DNA of 64,000 bases from Prochlorococcus sp. AG-355-B18. Lineage in GTDB: Bacteria; Cyanobacteriota; Cyanobacteriia; PCC-6307; Cyanobiaceae. The stretch is taken from the NCBI GenBank assembly GCA_003280965.1, contig QCDI01000009.1, positions 22,778 to 86,777 of the forward strand, read 5' to 3'. A program made the translations under genes and the position numbers. Under the pieces are notes generated by a model, which worked only from the letters and a program-made list of their open reading frames with translations, was not told where the DNA came from and ran no database searches. This document shows, in pieces, positions 9,666 to 21,403 of this stretch (its first letter is position 1; each line of letters begins with the position of its first letter).

Positions 9666-11663
9666 ATGGGGCAAATAGTTGGAATTGATTTAGGTACTAC
9701 TAACTCTGTTGTTGGAGTTATAGAAGCTGGTCGTCCGATTGTAATTGCAAATTCTGAAGGATCTAGAACTACACCTTCAATAGTAGGTTTTACAAAAGAC
9801 AAAGAAATTGTAATAGGCGAACAAGCAAGAAGACAACTAGTTTTAAATCCAAAGAATACCTTTTATAACTTAAAAAGATTCATTGGAAGCGACTGGGACG
9901 AATTAGATGATAATAGTATTTCCGTTCCTTATAATGTCAAAGCAAATAATGCTGGAAGTGTAAGGGTTCTTAGTCCAAATACACAAAGAGAGTATGCTCC
10001 TGAAGAGCTAGTCAGCTCATTAATTAGAAAATTAATTAATGATGCTGAAACATATCTTAGAGATACTGTTGACTCAGCTGTTATTACTGTCCCAGCATAT
10101 TTTAATGAGTCTCAAAGGCAAGCCACAAAGGATTCAGCAATATTGGCGGGTATCAAAGTAGATAGAATCTTAAATGAACCTACTGCAGCTGCTCTAGCTT
10201 ATGGCTTTGAAAAAAGTTCATCTAATAATGTTTTGGTATTTGATTTAGGGGGAGGAACATTTGATGTTTCATTGTTAAAAATTTCAAATGGTGTATTTGA
10301 TGTAAAAGCCACCTGTGGAGATACCCAATTAGGAGGAAACAATTTTGACTCAAAAATTGTAGATTGGCTTGCTGAAAAATTTCTTGATAAACATGATATT
10401 GATCTAAGACGAGACAGACAAGCTTTGCAGAGATTAACTGAGGCTGCTGAAAAAGCTAAATGTGAATTATCAGGATTGCAAAAAACAAAAATATCATTAC
10501 CTTTCATCACAACTAGTAAAGAGGGGCCTTTACATATTGAGGAGACTTTAAATAGAAAAATATTTGAATCCTTATCTCAGGATCTATTAGACAGATTATT
10601 AGAGCCTGTACAAATAGCCCTAGATGACTCTGGATGGAACGCTGAAGATATAGATGAGGTAGTACTTGTAGGTGGTAGCACAAGAATCCCAATGGTTCAA
10701 CAATTAGTCAAGACTCTTGTTCCTAATGACCCCTGTCAATCAGTTAATCCAGACGAAGTTGTTGCAATTGGTGCTGCTATACAATCTGGAATAATAAGTG
10801 GTGATTTACAAGATTTACTTCTAAATGACGTTACGCCCTTATCTCTAGGTTTAGAAACAATTGGAGGTCTTATGAAGGTACTTATTCCTCGTAATACTCC
10901 TATACCAGTAAGGCAATCTGATGTTTTTAGTACATCAGAAGCTAATCAATCTTCAGTGGTTGTTCAAGTAAGGCAAGGCGAAAGGCCATTGGCATCTGAA
11001 AATAAATCACTTGGCAAATTTAGGCTATCTGGAATACCTCCGGCACCTAGAGGAATCCCACAAGTCCAAGTTGCATTTGATATTGATGCTAATGGTCTTT
11101 TAGAAGTTAGTGCCACTGATAGAACAACTGGAAGAAAGCAAACAGTTACAATTTCTGGAGGATCTAATTTAAATGAGCAAGAAATTAATTCAATAATTGA
11201 AGAAGCTAAAACAAAAGCAAATGAAGATAGGATGAAACGATCTGTTATTGATAGAAAAAATAGTGCTTTAACTCTTATTGCACAAGCTGAAAGAAGACTT
11301 AGAGATGCTTCTCTAGAATTTGGGCCTTATGGAGCTGAAAGACAGCAACGTGCTGTCGAATTAGCTATTGAGGATGTTGAAGAATATATAAATGATGATG
11401 ATCCTCAAGAATTAGAAATTTCAGTAAGTGCTCTCCAAGAAGCATTATTTGGTTTAAACAGAAAATTTGCGGCGGAAAGGAAAACTGATAATAATCCATT
11501 ACAGGGTATTAAAAATACATTTGGTTCATTGAAGGATGAACTGTTTTCAGATGATTATTGGGATGATGATCCTTGGGATAATCAAATGAATAGAAATTAT
11601 CGGAATTCGAGGTATGGTAATTCTAGGGATGATGATCCATGGGACAATGACTATTTCCTCTAA
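9666..11663 (+). CDS. dnaK: Hsp70 chaperone DnaK (DnaK3-type, acidic Trp-rich tail)
   Basis: GIDLGTTNS, VFDLGGGTFDVS, VLVGGSTRIP; C-terminal DDDPWDN repeats. Confidence 0.96.
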   Translation: MGQIVGIDLGTTNSVVGVIEAGRPIVIANSEGSRTTPSIVGFTKDKEIVIGEQARRQLVLNPKNTFYNLKRFIGSDWDELDDNSISVPYNVKANNAGSVRVLSPNTQREYAPEELVSSLIRKLINDAETYLRDTVDSAVITVPAYFNESQRQATKDSAILAGIKVDRILNEPTAAALAYGFEKSSSNNVLVFDLGGGTFDVSLLKISNGVFDVKATCGDTQLGGNNFDSKIVDWLAEKFLDKHDIDLRRDRQALQRLTEAAEKAKCELSGLQKTKISLPFITTSKEGPLHIEETLNRKIFESLSQDLLDRLLEPVQIALDDSGWNAEDIDEVVLVGGSTRIPMVQQLVKTLVPNDPCQSVNPDEVVAIGAAIQSGIISGDLQDLLLNDVTPLSLGLETIGGLMKVLIPRNTPIPVRQSDVFSTSEANQSSVVVQVRQGERPLASENKSLGKFRLSGIPPAPRGIPQVQVAFDIDANGLLEVSATDRTTGRKQTVTISGGSNLNEQEINSIIEEAKTKANEDRMKRSVIDRKNSALTLIAQAERRLRDASLEFGPYGAERQQRAVELAIEDVEEYINDDDPQELEISVSALQEALFGLNRKFAAERKTDNNPLQGIKNTFGSLKDELFSDDYWDDDPWDNQMNRNYRNSRYGNSRDDDPWDNDYFL

Positions 11664-12573
11664 AAAAGATTATTTGTCGATTTTGGGTTTATCCAATGGT
11701 TTCGACGATAAAGAACTAAAAAAGGCATTTCGAAGAGAAGCAAGAAAATGGCATCCAGATTTAAATAAAAATGATTTAAATGCAGAAGAAAGATTTAAAT
11801 TAATTAACGAAGCCTACGAATACCTACGGGATCCCAATAAAAGAAATAAAAATTCAGATGTAAATATTCAGGAAGATTACGAAAGTAATAATTTCAAAAC
11901 AGGTTTTCCAGATTTTCAAGACTATCTTGATTCATTATTTGGATATGAATATAACGCTAATATTGAAGATGAGTATACTGATGAACCACTTGATGATGAA
12001 TATTCGAATCTAGAAAATGATGAATTCAACAATTACGAATACCCTACAACATCTCCAGAAGAACCCCCTCCAGTTAAACTCAATCAAGATATAGAAACAA
12101 TTATTGAATTAACACCTGATGAGGCCCTAAATGGAGCTTCAATATTAATTGAACTTGAAGATCAAACTATGGTTGAAGTTGATACACCTCCTTTTGCTGG
12201 AGATGGTTGGCGATTAAGACTAGAAAATATTGCAAGGGGAGGAAAAGATCATTATTTACAGTTAAAGGTTCAAACGGAAAGTGGACTAAGAATTGATGGT
12301 TTAAGAGTTATATATAAATTGGAGTTGTTTCCTCATGATGCACTTCTTGGTTGTGCAGTAGAGGTTCCTACTCTTGATGGGAATGTCACACTTCAAGTGC
12401 CTCCAAAATCATCAACCGGCAGAATGTTACGTTTGAAGGGTAGAGGCCTAAAATTCGAAGATAATGTAGGTGATCAATATGTTGAAATCTTAGTAGTTAT
12501 CCCTGCTGATATTAATGATGAAGAAATTGCCTTGTATACAAGATTACAAGAATTATCACTATCTGATTCTTAA
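11647..12573 (+). CDS. dnaJ: DnaJ-family co-chaperone (no zinc finger)
   Basis: KWHPDLN J-domain plus DnaJ C-terminal domain; ATG 11647 overlaps the end of dnaK. Confidence 0.9.
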   Translation: MTISSKKDYLSILGLSNGFDDKELKKAFRREARKWHPDLNKNDLNAEERFKLINEAYEYLRDPNKRNKNSDVNIQEDYESNNFKTGFPDFQDYLDSLFGYEYNANIEDEYTDEPLDDEYSNLENDEFNNYEYPTTSPEEPPPVKLNQDIETIIELTPDEALNGASILIELEDQTMVEVDTPPFAGDGWRLRLENIARGGKDHYLQLKVQTESGLRIDGLRVIYKLELFPHDALLGCAVEVPTLDGNVTLQVPPKSSTGRMLRLKGRGLKFEDNVGDQYVEILVVIPADINDEEIALYTRLQELSLSDS

Positions 12574-12603
12574 TCAAATAATATATAGAAAAGATATTTT
12601 TTT

Positions 12604-12984
12604 ATGAATATATACGTTCTTTTATATAATTCAGGAACAGATAAAGAAGGAATTCACTCTATAGAACTTAAAGGAAGAACTATAGTACTTATGTTTGAGG
12701 ACAAAGATGATGCAACCAGATACTGCGGACTTCTAGAGGCTCAAGATTTTCCTTTGCCAATAGTTGAAATGATAGATATAGAGGAGATTAGAGAGTTCTG
12801 TATTAAGTTGGATTACGAATGTAAACTTGTAGAGAAAAATTTTGTTCCTAAAACGCCCGAAGACAGGTTACTAATTTCTCCGCCTCAAAAAAACCTTGAG
12901 GTGGAAAATTGGGAGGAAAATTCTGATAATCAAGAAAAAATAGATATAAACACCATTAAGGAAAACCTTGAAAAGTTACTTTAA
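12604..12984 (+). CDS. DUF3110 family protein
   Basis: EGIHS...VLMFEDKDDATRYCGLLEAQDF. Confidence 0.8.
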   Translation: MNIYVLLYNSGTDKEGIHSIELKGRTIVLMFEDKDDATRYCGLLEAQDFPLPIVEMIDIEEIREFCIKLDYECKLVEKNFVPKTPEDRLLISPPQKNLEVENWEENSDNQEKIDINTIKENLEKLL

Positions 12985-13018
12985 GGATTAAGATAAAATT
13001 AACTTAAATCAAAAAAAA

Positions 13019-13456
13019 ATGACCAAGGCATTATTTGAAACGGAAGTAGGAAACATAAACATTGAATTTTTCTCTAATGATGCACCTAATACTGTTAATA
13101 ACTTCACGAAATTGATAAGTGATGGATTTTATGATGGTCTAGCATTTCACAGAGTTATTCCTGGATTTATGGCACAGGGTGGATGTCCAAATACTCGTGA
13201 TGGGGCCTCTGGTATGCCTGGAACTGGAGGCCCTGGATATCAAATTAAATGTGAAATAAATTCAAATAAGCATCTCAAAGGCTCACTTTCTATGGCTCAT
13301 GCAGGAAAGGACACAGGCGGCAGTCAATTTTTTATAGTTTATGAACCACAACCACATCTTGATGGAGTTCATACTGTTTTTGGAAAAACTAACGATATGG
13401 ATGTAGTGCTTAAACTTACTAACGGTTCAAAAATTCTAAAGGCAACTCTAAAGTAA
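13019..13456 (+). CDS. ppiB: Cyclophilin-type peptidyl-prolyl isomerase
   Basis: [35 protein letters not shown]. Confidence 0.93.
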   Translation: MTKALFETEVGNINIEFFSNDAPNTVNNFTKLISDGFYDGLAFHRVIPGFMAQGGCPNTRDGASGMPGTGGPGYQIKCEINSNKHLKGSLSMAHAGKDTGGSQFFIVYEPQPHLDGVHTVFGKTNDMDVVLKLTNGSKILKATLK

Positions 13457-13462
13457 GTACTT

Positions 13463-15199
13463 TTAGCCTTCAAAAACAATACTAAATGTCTCTTTATCTA
13501 GATTAAATTTTCTGGTAGATGAATATAAGATCTCATTATTAAAAGAAAATTTAGTATTGATTAGTTTGATGCTACTTTTTGGATGTAATGCTTGTTCAAT
13601 ATTTCTGGAAACTATAATCCCAATTTTTGTACTATGTTCGTATTCTGATAAAAACTGAATAAATAATTCTATATTTTTTATTTCTTGATCAGTAATGTTG
13701 GAATCAGTTCTATTTTGATCATGTAATATTCGCCAAACTAATTTTGGTCGATTCCAAAAAGCCAATAATCTTGGAGTACTTTCAAGTTTAATATTAATGT
13801 TTTGATCATTACAGAATTTAATTACTTTATTTTTTATTGGAACTAAGTCAATAGATCTATAATTTCCGTCAAGAAAAATAGATATAAATGGGTCGATATT
13901 TCTTGAATTAGAATTATCGTCATCAATCAAGTGGCCTAACTTTGTTTTCTTTACACTTAAATATTCAGCATTATTATCATTTGGACAAATAACTAATGGC
14001 AATCTCTCAATAACTTCTATTCCATAACCACCTAATCCAGCTATCTTTCTTGGATTGTTTGTTAATAATTTTAATTTTTTAATCCCAAGATCTGTCAATA
14101 TCTGCGCTCCAACACCATAATTTCTGAGATCTGCTGGAAATCCTAATTTTTCATTAGCTTCAACTGTATCTAATCCACCATCCTGCAAACTATAAGCTTT
14201 TAATTTATTTATAAGACCTATACCCCTGCCTTCTTGCCTTAAATAAACAACAACCCCCTCTTCCTCCTTTTCTATCCTTGATAAAGCAGCCTCTAACTGA
14301 GGTCTACAATCACAACGCAATGATCCAAAAGCATCACCCGTTAAGCATTCTGAATGCATTCTTACTAATACAGGTTCACTTAATTTTGATGATTTTTGCT
14401 TAACTAATGCGACATGTTCTGAACCATCAAGTTCATTAATATATCCGTAGGCTTTGAAATTTCCAAAAATACTTGGTAGAACTGCATCTGATTTCCTAAA
14501 AACAAATCTTTCAGTTTGAAATCGATAACTAATTAAATCAGCTATTGATATTAATTTCATTCCCCACTGTTTAGCATATTCTTTAAGTTGCGGAAGTCTT
14601 GACATGGATCCATCAGGATTTTGTATTTCACAAATTACTCCAGCAGGATATAGACCTGACATTGCTGCAATATCTACGGCTGCTTCTGTATGACCTGCTC
14701 GTTTTAAAACCCCACCTTTTTTTGCTCTTAATGGAAATATATGTCCTGGCCTTCTTAAATCCTCAGGCTTTGTATTAGGATTTATTGCAACTTGAATTGT
14801 CTTAGCTCTGTCTTCAGCTGAGATACCAGTAGATACATTATTTTCAGGACCAGCATCAATTGATATCGTAAAAGCGGTTTGATTTTCATCAGTATTTCTA
14901 TCTACCATTAATGGTAAATCTAATGAGTCAAGTTTTTCACCTTGCATAGCTAGACATATAAGACCCCTTCCTTCTGTAGCCATAAAATTAATTTGCTGAG
15001 GAGTAGCAAACTGAGCCGCACAAATCAGATCACCTTCATTTTCTCTTCTTTCATCATCTACCACGATTATGCATTCACCATTCCTTATTGCGGCTAGTGC
15101 ATCACTAATAGGATCAAATTCAATTTTAAAACTTTCATTTATATCCAAAATTGTTCCATTATTTGATTTGGGACTTGTTTCTTTCATTATTCCTATCAA
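13463..15199 (-). CDS. ribBA: Bifunctional DHBP synthase / GTP cyclohydrolase II
   Basis: DDERRENEGD, RAGHTEA, RMHSECLTGDAFGSLRCDC. Confidence 0.96.
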   Translation of the reverse strand: MIGIMKETSPKSNNGTILDINESFKIEFDPISDALAAIRNGECIIVVDDERRENEGDLICAAQFATPQQINFMATEGRGLICLAMQGEKLDSLDLPLMVDRNTDENQTAFTISIDAGPENNVSTGISAEDRAKTIQVAINPNTKPEDLRRPGHIFPLRAKKGGVLKRAGHTEAAVDIAAMSGLYPAGVICEIQNPDGSMSRLPQLKEYAKQWGMKLISIADLISYRFQTERFVFRKSDAVLPSIFGNFKAYGYINELDGSEHVALVKQKSSKLSEPVLVRMHSECLTGDAFGSLRCDCRPQLEAALSRIEKEEEGVVVYLRQEGRGIGLINKLKAYSLQDGGLDTVEANEKLGFPADLRNYGVGAQILTDLGIKKLKLLTNNPRKIAGLGGYGIEVIERLPLVICPNDNNAEYLSVKKTKLGHLIDDDNSNSRNIDPFISIFLDGNYRSIDLVPIKNKVIKFCNDQNINIKLESTPRLLAFWNRPKLVWRILHDQNRTDSNITDQEIKNIELFIQFLSEYEHSTKIGIIVSRNIEQALHPKSSIKLINTKFSFNNEILYSSTRKFNLDKETFSIVFEG

Positions 15200-15275
15200 T
15201 ATAGAAAAATAGTGTGTTAGTTATCCTAAATTCAACACTTTATAATCCTATCTCAAAGTCTGCCAATTCAAAGAA

Positions 15276-16331
15276 ATGAATGTTGCAATAGTAGGTGCTA
15301 CTGGTTACGGCGGTATTCAAGCGGTAAATCTTTTAAAAAAGAATAAAAACTATAAAATCTCATTTTTAGGAGGTAATAAAACATCTGGATCAAAGTGGAA
15401 TGATAATTTTCCTTTTATTTATCTTGATGATGATCCCTATATTGAAGAAATTTCCATTGAGAATATCTCAAATAAAGCTGATATTGCCTTGCTTTGTTTA
15501 CCAAATGGTATATCTTGTACTTTGACAAGAAAATTATTAGATAAAGGAATAAAAGTTATTGATTTATCTGCTGATTATAGGTATAAGTCTTTAGATGAAT
15601 GGAAAAAAATATATTCTAAAGAAGCTGCTATTTATAAAAGAAATGATGATGATTTATGTAAAGAGGCGGTTTATGGCATTCCTGAATTAAATAAAGAAGC
15701 TATTGCAAATGCAAGATTAATTGCATGTCCAGGATGTTACCCAACATCAGCTCTTATTCCATTAGCTCCTCTGCTATCACAGGGCATTATTGAAAATGAT
15801 GGTATTGTGATCGATTCTAAAAGCGGAACTTCTGGAGGTGGTAGAGAGCCTAATCAAAAGTTGCTTTTATCAGAATGTGGAGATGGACTATCTGCCTATG
15901 GTTTGATAAACCACAGGCATACATCAGAAATAGAACAAATAGCATCTTCAATATCGGGTAATAACATTGAACTTCTATTTACTCCTCACTTAATTCCAAT
16001 TTCAAGAGGTATGCTTTCGACTATATATGGGAGATTAAAAGATCCTGGTTTGACTTCAGATGATTGCAGAATTCTTTTGGATAATTTCTATAGAAATTTT
16101 AATAACATTAAAGTCTTACCGGTAGACACATACCCCTCAACCAAATGGGTTAAAAATACAAACCAAATTGTCCTATCTGTAAAAGTTGATAGTCGAAATG
16201 GAAGGATTATTATTTTATCCGTAATTGATAATTTGTTAAAAGGTCAGACAGGTCAAGCTATTCAAAATTTAAATATTATGAGCGGATTTTCAATAGATGA
16301 TGGTCTTGAGTTAACTAATAACTTTCCCTAA
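15276..16331 (+). CDS. argC: N-acetyl-gamma-glutamyl-phosphate reductase
   Basis: GATGYGG, DLSADYR, ACPGCYPT, DNLLKGQ. Confidence 0.96.
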   Translation: MNVAIVGATGYGGIQAVNLLKKNKNYKISFLGGNKTSGSKWNDNFPFIYLDDDPYIEEISIENISNKADIALLCLPNGISCTLTRKLLDKGIKVIDLSADYRYKSLDEWKKIYSKEAAIYKRNDDDLCKEAVYGIPELNKEAIANARLIACPGCYPTSALIPLAPLLSQGIIENDGIVIDSKSGTSGGGREPNQKLLLSECGDGLSAYGLINHRHTSEIEQIASSISGNNIELLFTPHLIPISRGMLSTIYGRLKDPGLTSDDCRILLDNFYRNFNNIKVLPVDTYPSTKWVKNTNQIVLSVKVDSRNGRIIILSVIDNLLKGQTGQAIQNLNIMSGFSIDDGLELTNNFP

Positions 16332-16970
16332 ATCCCCTCTTATCAAATAGCCAGCATGCGAAATTGAATGAGGTAAAATTATATGCTCAAGTATTTGAAT
16401 TTTTTTTGAAAGTGTTTCAACATTGTCTTCATTTGAAATTGGCAATGCAGCTTGCATTATAAGAGAACCACTATCTACTTCCTCCTCAACATAATGCACT
16501 GAACAACCTGTAATTTTAGAACCATTTAATAAAGAGTCCTTAATTGCAGAACCACCTTTATATGCAGGAAGTAATGACGGGTGAATATTTATTATTTTGT
16601 TCTTAAATTTATTTATAAAGAAAGGAGAAACAATTTTCATCCAGCCTGCCATTACAACAAGTTCAACATCGTAATTAACTAAAGTATTTATAATTTCTAA
16701 TTCAAATAGCTCTTTTTGCGAAAAGTCTTTACCTCTTATTATTTTGTGAGGTATTTCTCCACTTTCAGCTCTTTTTATACAACCTGCATCATCTTTGTTA
16801 GTTATAAGAACTTTTATATCTATATCTAATTCTCCATTTTCTGAAAGATTAATTAACTCCTGAAAGTTTGTTCCTTTTCCTGAAGCAAGTACACCTATTT
16901 TTAATTTTGGTGAAAATTTTCTAAATTCAGATATTTCAGGCGAAATTATGTATTTAATTGATTTATCCAA
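16311..16970 (-). CDS. purN: Phosphoribosylglycinamide formyltransferase
   Basis: ASGKGTNFQ, INIHPSLLP, GCSVHYV..VDSG. Confidence 0.95.
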   Translation of the reverse strand: MDKSIKYIISPEISEFRKFSPKLKIGVLASGKGTNFQELINLSENGELDIDIKVLITNKDDAGCIKRAESGEIPHKIIRGKDFSQKELFELEIINTLVNYDVELVVMAGWMKIVSPFFINKFKNKIINIHPSLLPAYKGGSAIKDSLLNGSKITGCSVHYVEEEVDSGSLIMQAALPISNEDNVETLSKKIQILEHIILPHSISHAGYLIRGDLGKVIS

Positions 16971-17145
16971 TTTTTTATTTTATCCAATGATAAATTCATA
17001 TGAAATAAAAAAAACCCTATATTTTAATTGTTTATATTCAATAACATATTTATTTGAAGATAAAATTTAAACAAATTTAAATGATTCAAATCTATGTACT
17101 ATTCGTATAGATATAATTAAATAATAAATAAAGAAAATATATAAA

Positions 17146-18729
17146 ATGATTGGAGATTTAAACTCTTGGGATAAATTTTGTAATTATCTTTGGTTTGACA
17201 AAAAATTAAATATTTGGTTAGACATCAGCAAAATTAAATTCTCAAATGAAGAAATAAAAAACTTTGAAGATAAATTTATAGATGTTTTTTCATCAATAAA
17301 AGAATTAGAAAATGGTGCAATCTCAAATATTGATGAAAATAGACAAGTAGGACACTATTGGCTTAGAAATCCATCAATTTCTCCATCATCACAAATAGGA
17401 AATGATATTAGTGCCGATATTAATGAAATCTCTGAATTTGGAAAACAAATTTTAAATGGAGATATTAAGAATAAGAATAATCGGAACTATACTGATGTTC
17501 TATGGATAGGAATAGGTGGAAGTGGATTAGGCCCATTACTTATTACAGAGTCACTACAGAAGTGCACTAAAGGATTAAATTTTTCCTATGTCGATAATAT
17601 TGATCCTTTTTTAATTAGTGAAAAGTTAGAAGAGTTATCTGAAAAATTATCCACTACATTATTTGTAGTAGTAAGCAAATCAGGTGGTACGCCTGAACCT
17701 AGAATTGCTATGGAAATTATCAAAAGTCATTGTGAAAACAATACGCTTGATTGGAATTCAAATGCTATAGCTATAACTATGAAAGACAGTAAGTTATTTA
17801 AGAAAGCCACTTCTGAAAATTGGTTAAAAATATTTAATTTACAAGATTGGGTTGGAGGAAGAACTAGTATTACAAGCGCTGTGGGATTACTGCCTTTAGC
17901 TCTAATTAATGAAAATATATTTGAATTCATTAAAGGCGCATCATTGATGGATGAGGCTACACGCTCAAGTGATTTTAAAAATAATCCTGCAGCATTATTA
18001 TCATCTGCATGGTATTTAACAGGGGATGGCCTTGGAAAGAGAGATATGGTCGTTTTACCTTATAGAGATAGGTTACAGGTATTTAGTAAATATCTTCAAC
18101 AATTAGTAATGGAATCATTAGGTAAGAAATTTAATAGGAATGGTGAAATAGTTAATCAAGGTATTTCAGTTTTTGGTAATAAAGGATCTACAGATCAACA
18201 TGCTTATGTTCAGCAACTGAGAGATGGTATTGATAATTTCTTTTGTATTTTTATTGAATTATTAGATTCTCCAACGACCAATATTTTTGATGAAAAAGAG
18301 AATCCTAAGGAATATCTTTCTGGTTTTTTGCAAGGAACCAGATCCGCACTTTCTAGTGAAAACAGACAGAGTATTACCATAACACTAGATAAGTTAAATT
18401 GTTTATCACTAGGTGCCTTAATCGCATTATTTGAAAGGGCTGTATCCTTCTACGCTGAATTAGTAAATATAAATGCATACGATCAGCCTGGAGTTGAAGC
18501 TGGAAAGAAAGCAGCAGCAAATATTATTGAGTATCAACAAAAAATAAGAAATTTATTAGACGAAGGAGGAGAATATTCTATGAGTGACCTAACGTCATTA
18601 TTTGATAATTCAGTTAATGAACCTATTTTTTTCATAATACGTGAAATGTGTTTTGGTAATGAAGATTATTTAGTTAAGGGCGATTGGTCAAATCCGAATT
18701 CATTAGTTATTCAAAAAATAAATACTTAA
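17146..18729 (+). CDS. pgi: Glucose-6-phosphate isomerase
   Basis: [43 protein letters not shown]. Confidence 0.96.
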   Translation: MIGDLNSWDKFCNYLWFDKKLNIWLDISKIKFSNEEIKNFEDKFIDVFSSIKELENGAISNIDENRQVGHYWLRNPSISPSSQIGNDISADINEISEFGKQILNGDIKNKNNRNYTDVLWIGIGGSGLGPLLITESLQKCTKGLNFSYVDNIDPFLISEKLEELSEKLSTTLFVVVSKSGGTPEPRIAMEIIKSHCENNTLDWNSNAIAITMKDSKLFKKATSENWLKIFNLQDWVGGRTSITSAVGLLPLALINENIFEFIKGASLMDEATRSSDFKNNPAALLSSAWYLTGDGLGKRDMVVLPYRDRLQVFSKYLQQLVMESLGKKFNRNGEIVNQGISVFGNKGSTDQHAYVQQLRDGIDNFFCIFIELLDSPTTNIFDEKENPKEYLSGFLQGTRSALSSENRQSITITLDKLNCLSLGALIALFERAVSFYAELVNINAYDQPGVEAGKKAAANIIEYQQKIRNLLDEGGEYSMSDLTSLFDNSVNEPIFFIIREMCFGNEDYLVKGDWSNPNSLVIQKINT

Positions 18730-21296
18730 ACAACAATATTCATAATTTTTCCTTTAACAATAATTATTTTTCTTATTTCCTTATCATTGGTCCATTTTAA
18801 AATATTAGGTCTTTTAAGAGTCAATTCCTTAATTTGATCTTCATTCATTTCATTATTAATATTTATTTTATCTCTAACTTTTCCATTCACTTGTATAACT
18901 AGTTCATATGAATCTTCTTTTAAAGCTTCTGCATTAAATGAAGGCCAGTTTTCTAAATGAACAGAATTTTTAAATCCTATAAGATGCCATATCTCTTCAG
19001 AAATATGAGGTGCAAATGGAGCTAACAAAATACAAAATGTTTTTAAAGCATCTTTTTTCAAATTATTATTTACATCATTAATGGAATTTGATAATGAATT
19101 ATAAAATTTCATTAGTTCTGAAATTGCAGTGTTAAATTGGTTATTTAATATGTCATTTGAAATTTCTTTTATAGCAATGTTCATTGACTTTATTAAAGTT
19201 TTTTCTTTATCTGGATAGGACTTACTTTTACTATTTATATCTTTTGCACAATTTATATAAAGCTTCCAAATCCTGCTTAAAAATCTAAATTGTCCTTCAA
19301 CATCTTTATCTCCCCATTCCAAATCTTTTTCTGGTGGTGCTTTAAATAATATAAACATTCTTGCTGTATCTGCTCCATATTTTTTAATTACTGATTCAGG
19401 ATCTATTCCGTTATATTTTGACTTGGACATCTTCTCGAAAAGAACTTCTAGTTTTGAATTGTCGATTGGATCTTTAGGATTTGATAGGTCTGTAATATCG
19501 GAAGGAGAAACATATTTACCAGTTTTATTGTTTTTATATGCTGCGGCCTGCACCATTCCTTGAGTTAATAACTTCTTGAATGGTTCATCAATTTCAAACA
19601 AATCATTATCTCGCAAAGCTTTCGTGAAAAATCTTGCATATAACAAATGCAATATTGCATGCTCTACTCCTCCAACATATTGATCAACAGGCAACCATTT
19701 ATTAATTTCAGATTTTTCAAATGGCTTGGTTGAACACTTTGACGATGGATATCTTAAAAAATACCAAGACGAACACATGAAGGTGTCCATAGTATCAGTT
19801 TCTTTTCTTGCAGCTATTCCACATTTTGGACATTTTGTATTTATCCAATTATTGTTATCACCTAAGGCATTAATCTTATTAGCAGAGATTTCTATGTCTT
19901 TTGGTAAGGAAAGAGGTAATTCGGATTGGTTTAAAGGAACAGATCCACACTTTTTACAATTAACTATTGGTATTGGACATCCCCAGTATCTTTGTCTAGA
20001 TATTAACCAATCTCTTAGTCGATATTGAATCTTATTTTCGGCCCATCCTTTATTTTCTCCTTCCTCTGAGATTTTTAATTTAGCAATATTATTTTCTATA
20101 CCATCGTATTGATTAGAATTAATAAGGTATCCATTTTCTATATAAGCATTATCAAGCTCATTAGTTAATTCACTTTTTTCTTTTACTATTACCTGTCTAA
20201 TATTAATATTGTTTTTCTTAGCAAATTCAAAATCTCTTAAATCATGAGCAGGTACACCCATAACAGCACCTGTACCGTATTCATCAAGAACATAACTTGC
20301 CACCCAAATAGGTACAGGTTCAGAATTTACTGGATTTATAGCTATTAAACTAGTTTTTATTCCAATTTTTTCAAGTTCATTGTTTTTATTTTTTTTCAAA
20401 TATTGTTTTAGTTTTTCTATATCTTGTAAGGTTGTCTGATCAGAAATATTTTTAATTAATGAATGATTAACCGAGATTGCTAAATAGGTAACTCCAAATA
20501 AAGTATCAGGTCTTGTTGTGAATACAGTTATTTTCTCTTGTGGATCGGTGTTTATATTAAAATTAATATTTGTACCAATTGACTTTCCAATCCAATTATC
20601 TTGCATTATTTTTACTCTCTCTGGCCAATCATCTAATTTTTCTAAATCCTTTAATAACTCATCTGCGTAGTTAGTAATCCTTAAAAACCATTGCTTTAAT
20701 AATTTTTTTTCAACTAATGCTCCAGATCTCCAAGATTTACCCTCTGAGTCAACTTGTTCATTTGCTAAGACTGTATTATCTATAGGATCCCAATTAACTT
20801 CTGATTCCTTTTGATATACAAGACCTGATTTATATAATTCTAAAAATAGATATTGAGTCCAGACATAATAATTTTCATCACAGGTTGCAAATTCCCTATT
20901 CCAATCAACTGATAGTCCCAAAAGTTTTAGTTGTGACTTCATATGAGAAATATTTTTTTTAGTCCAGACACTAGGACTAATTCCTCTTTCAATTGCAGCA
21001 TTCTCTGCAGGCAAACCAAAAGCATCCCAACCCATTGGATGTAAAACTGATTTCCCCTTAAACCTTTGAAAACGAGCTATTAAGTCTGTAATTACATAAT
21101 TCCTAACATGTCCCATGTGAAGATTACCCGATGGGTAGGGAAACATTGATAAGGCATAAAATTTATCGCTATTCTCAGTTAATTCGTCGGTTTTATATAA
21201 ATTGTTTTCTGCCCATATTGATTGCCACTTTTTTTCTATTTCAGATGGATTATATAAATTGTAATCTGCTTCATATTGTTTATCAGGAGAAATCAC
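18726..21296 (-). CDS. leuS: Leucine--tRNA ligase
   Basis: [13 protein letters not shown] (HIGH) and KMSKS motifs. Confidence 0.98.
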   Translation of the reverse strand: MISPDKQYEADYNLYNPSEIEKKWQSIWAENNLYKTDELTENSDKFYALSMFPYPSGNLHMGHVRNYVITDLIARFQRFKGKSVLHPMGWDAFGLPAENAAIERGISPSVWTKKNISHMKSQLKLLGLSVDWNREFATCDENYYVWTQYLFLELYKSGLVYQKESEVNWDPIDNTVLANEQVDSEGKSWRSGALVEKKLLKQWFLRITNYADELLKDLEKLDDWPERVKIMQDNWIGKSIGTNINFNINTDPQEKITVFTTRPDTLFGVTYLAISVNHSLIKNISDQTTLQDIEKLKQYLKKNKNNELEKIGIKTSLIAINPVNSEPVPIWVASYVLDEYGTGAVMGVPAHDLRDFEFAKKNNINIRQVIVKEKSELTNELDNAYIENGYLINSNQYDGIENNIAKLKISEEGENKGWAENKIQYRLRDWLISRQRYWGCPIPIVNCKKCGSVPLNQSELPLSLPKDIEISANKINALGDNNNWINTKCPKCGIAARKETDTMDTFMCSSWYFLRYPSSKCSTKPFEKSEINKWLPVDQYVGGVEHAILHLLYARFFTKALRDNDLFEIDEPFKKLLTQGMVQAAAYKNNKTGKYVSPSDITDLSNPKDPIDNSKLEVLFEKMSKSKYNGIDPESVIKKYGADTARMFILFKAPPEKDLEWGDKDVEGQFRFLSRIWKLYINCAKDINSKSKSYPDKEKTLIKSMNIAIKEISNDILNNQFNTAISELMKFYNSLSNSINDVNNNLKKDALKTFCILLAPFAPHISEEIWHLIGFKNSVHLENWPSFNAEALKEDSYELVIQVNGKVRDKININNEMNEDQIKELTLKRPNILKWTNDKEIRKIIIVKGKIMNIVV

Positions 21297-21403
21297 TTAA
21301 TTCTTGTTTATTAAATTATTATTTTAATATCCATTGTATAAAATAGAAATAGATTGTTAAAAGGAATAATTTATAATTAAAATTTAAAATATATATTCTA
21401 CAA

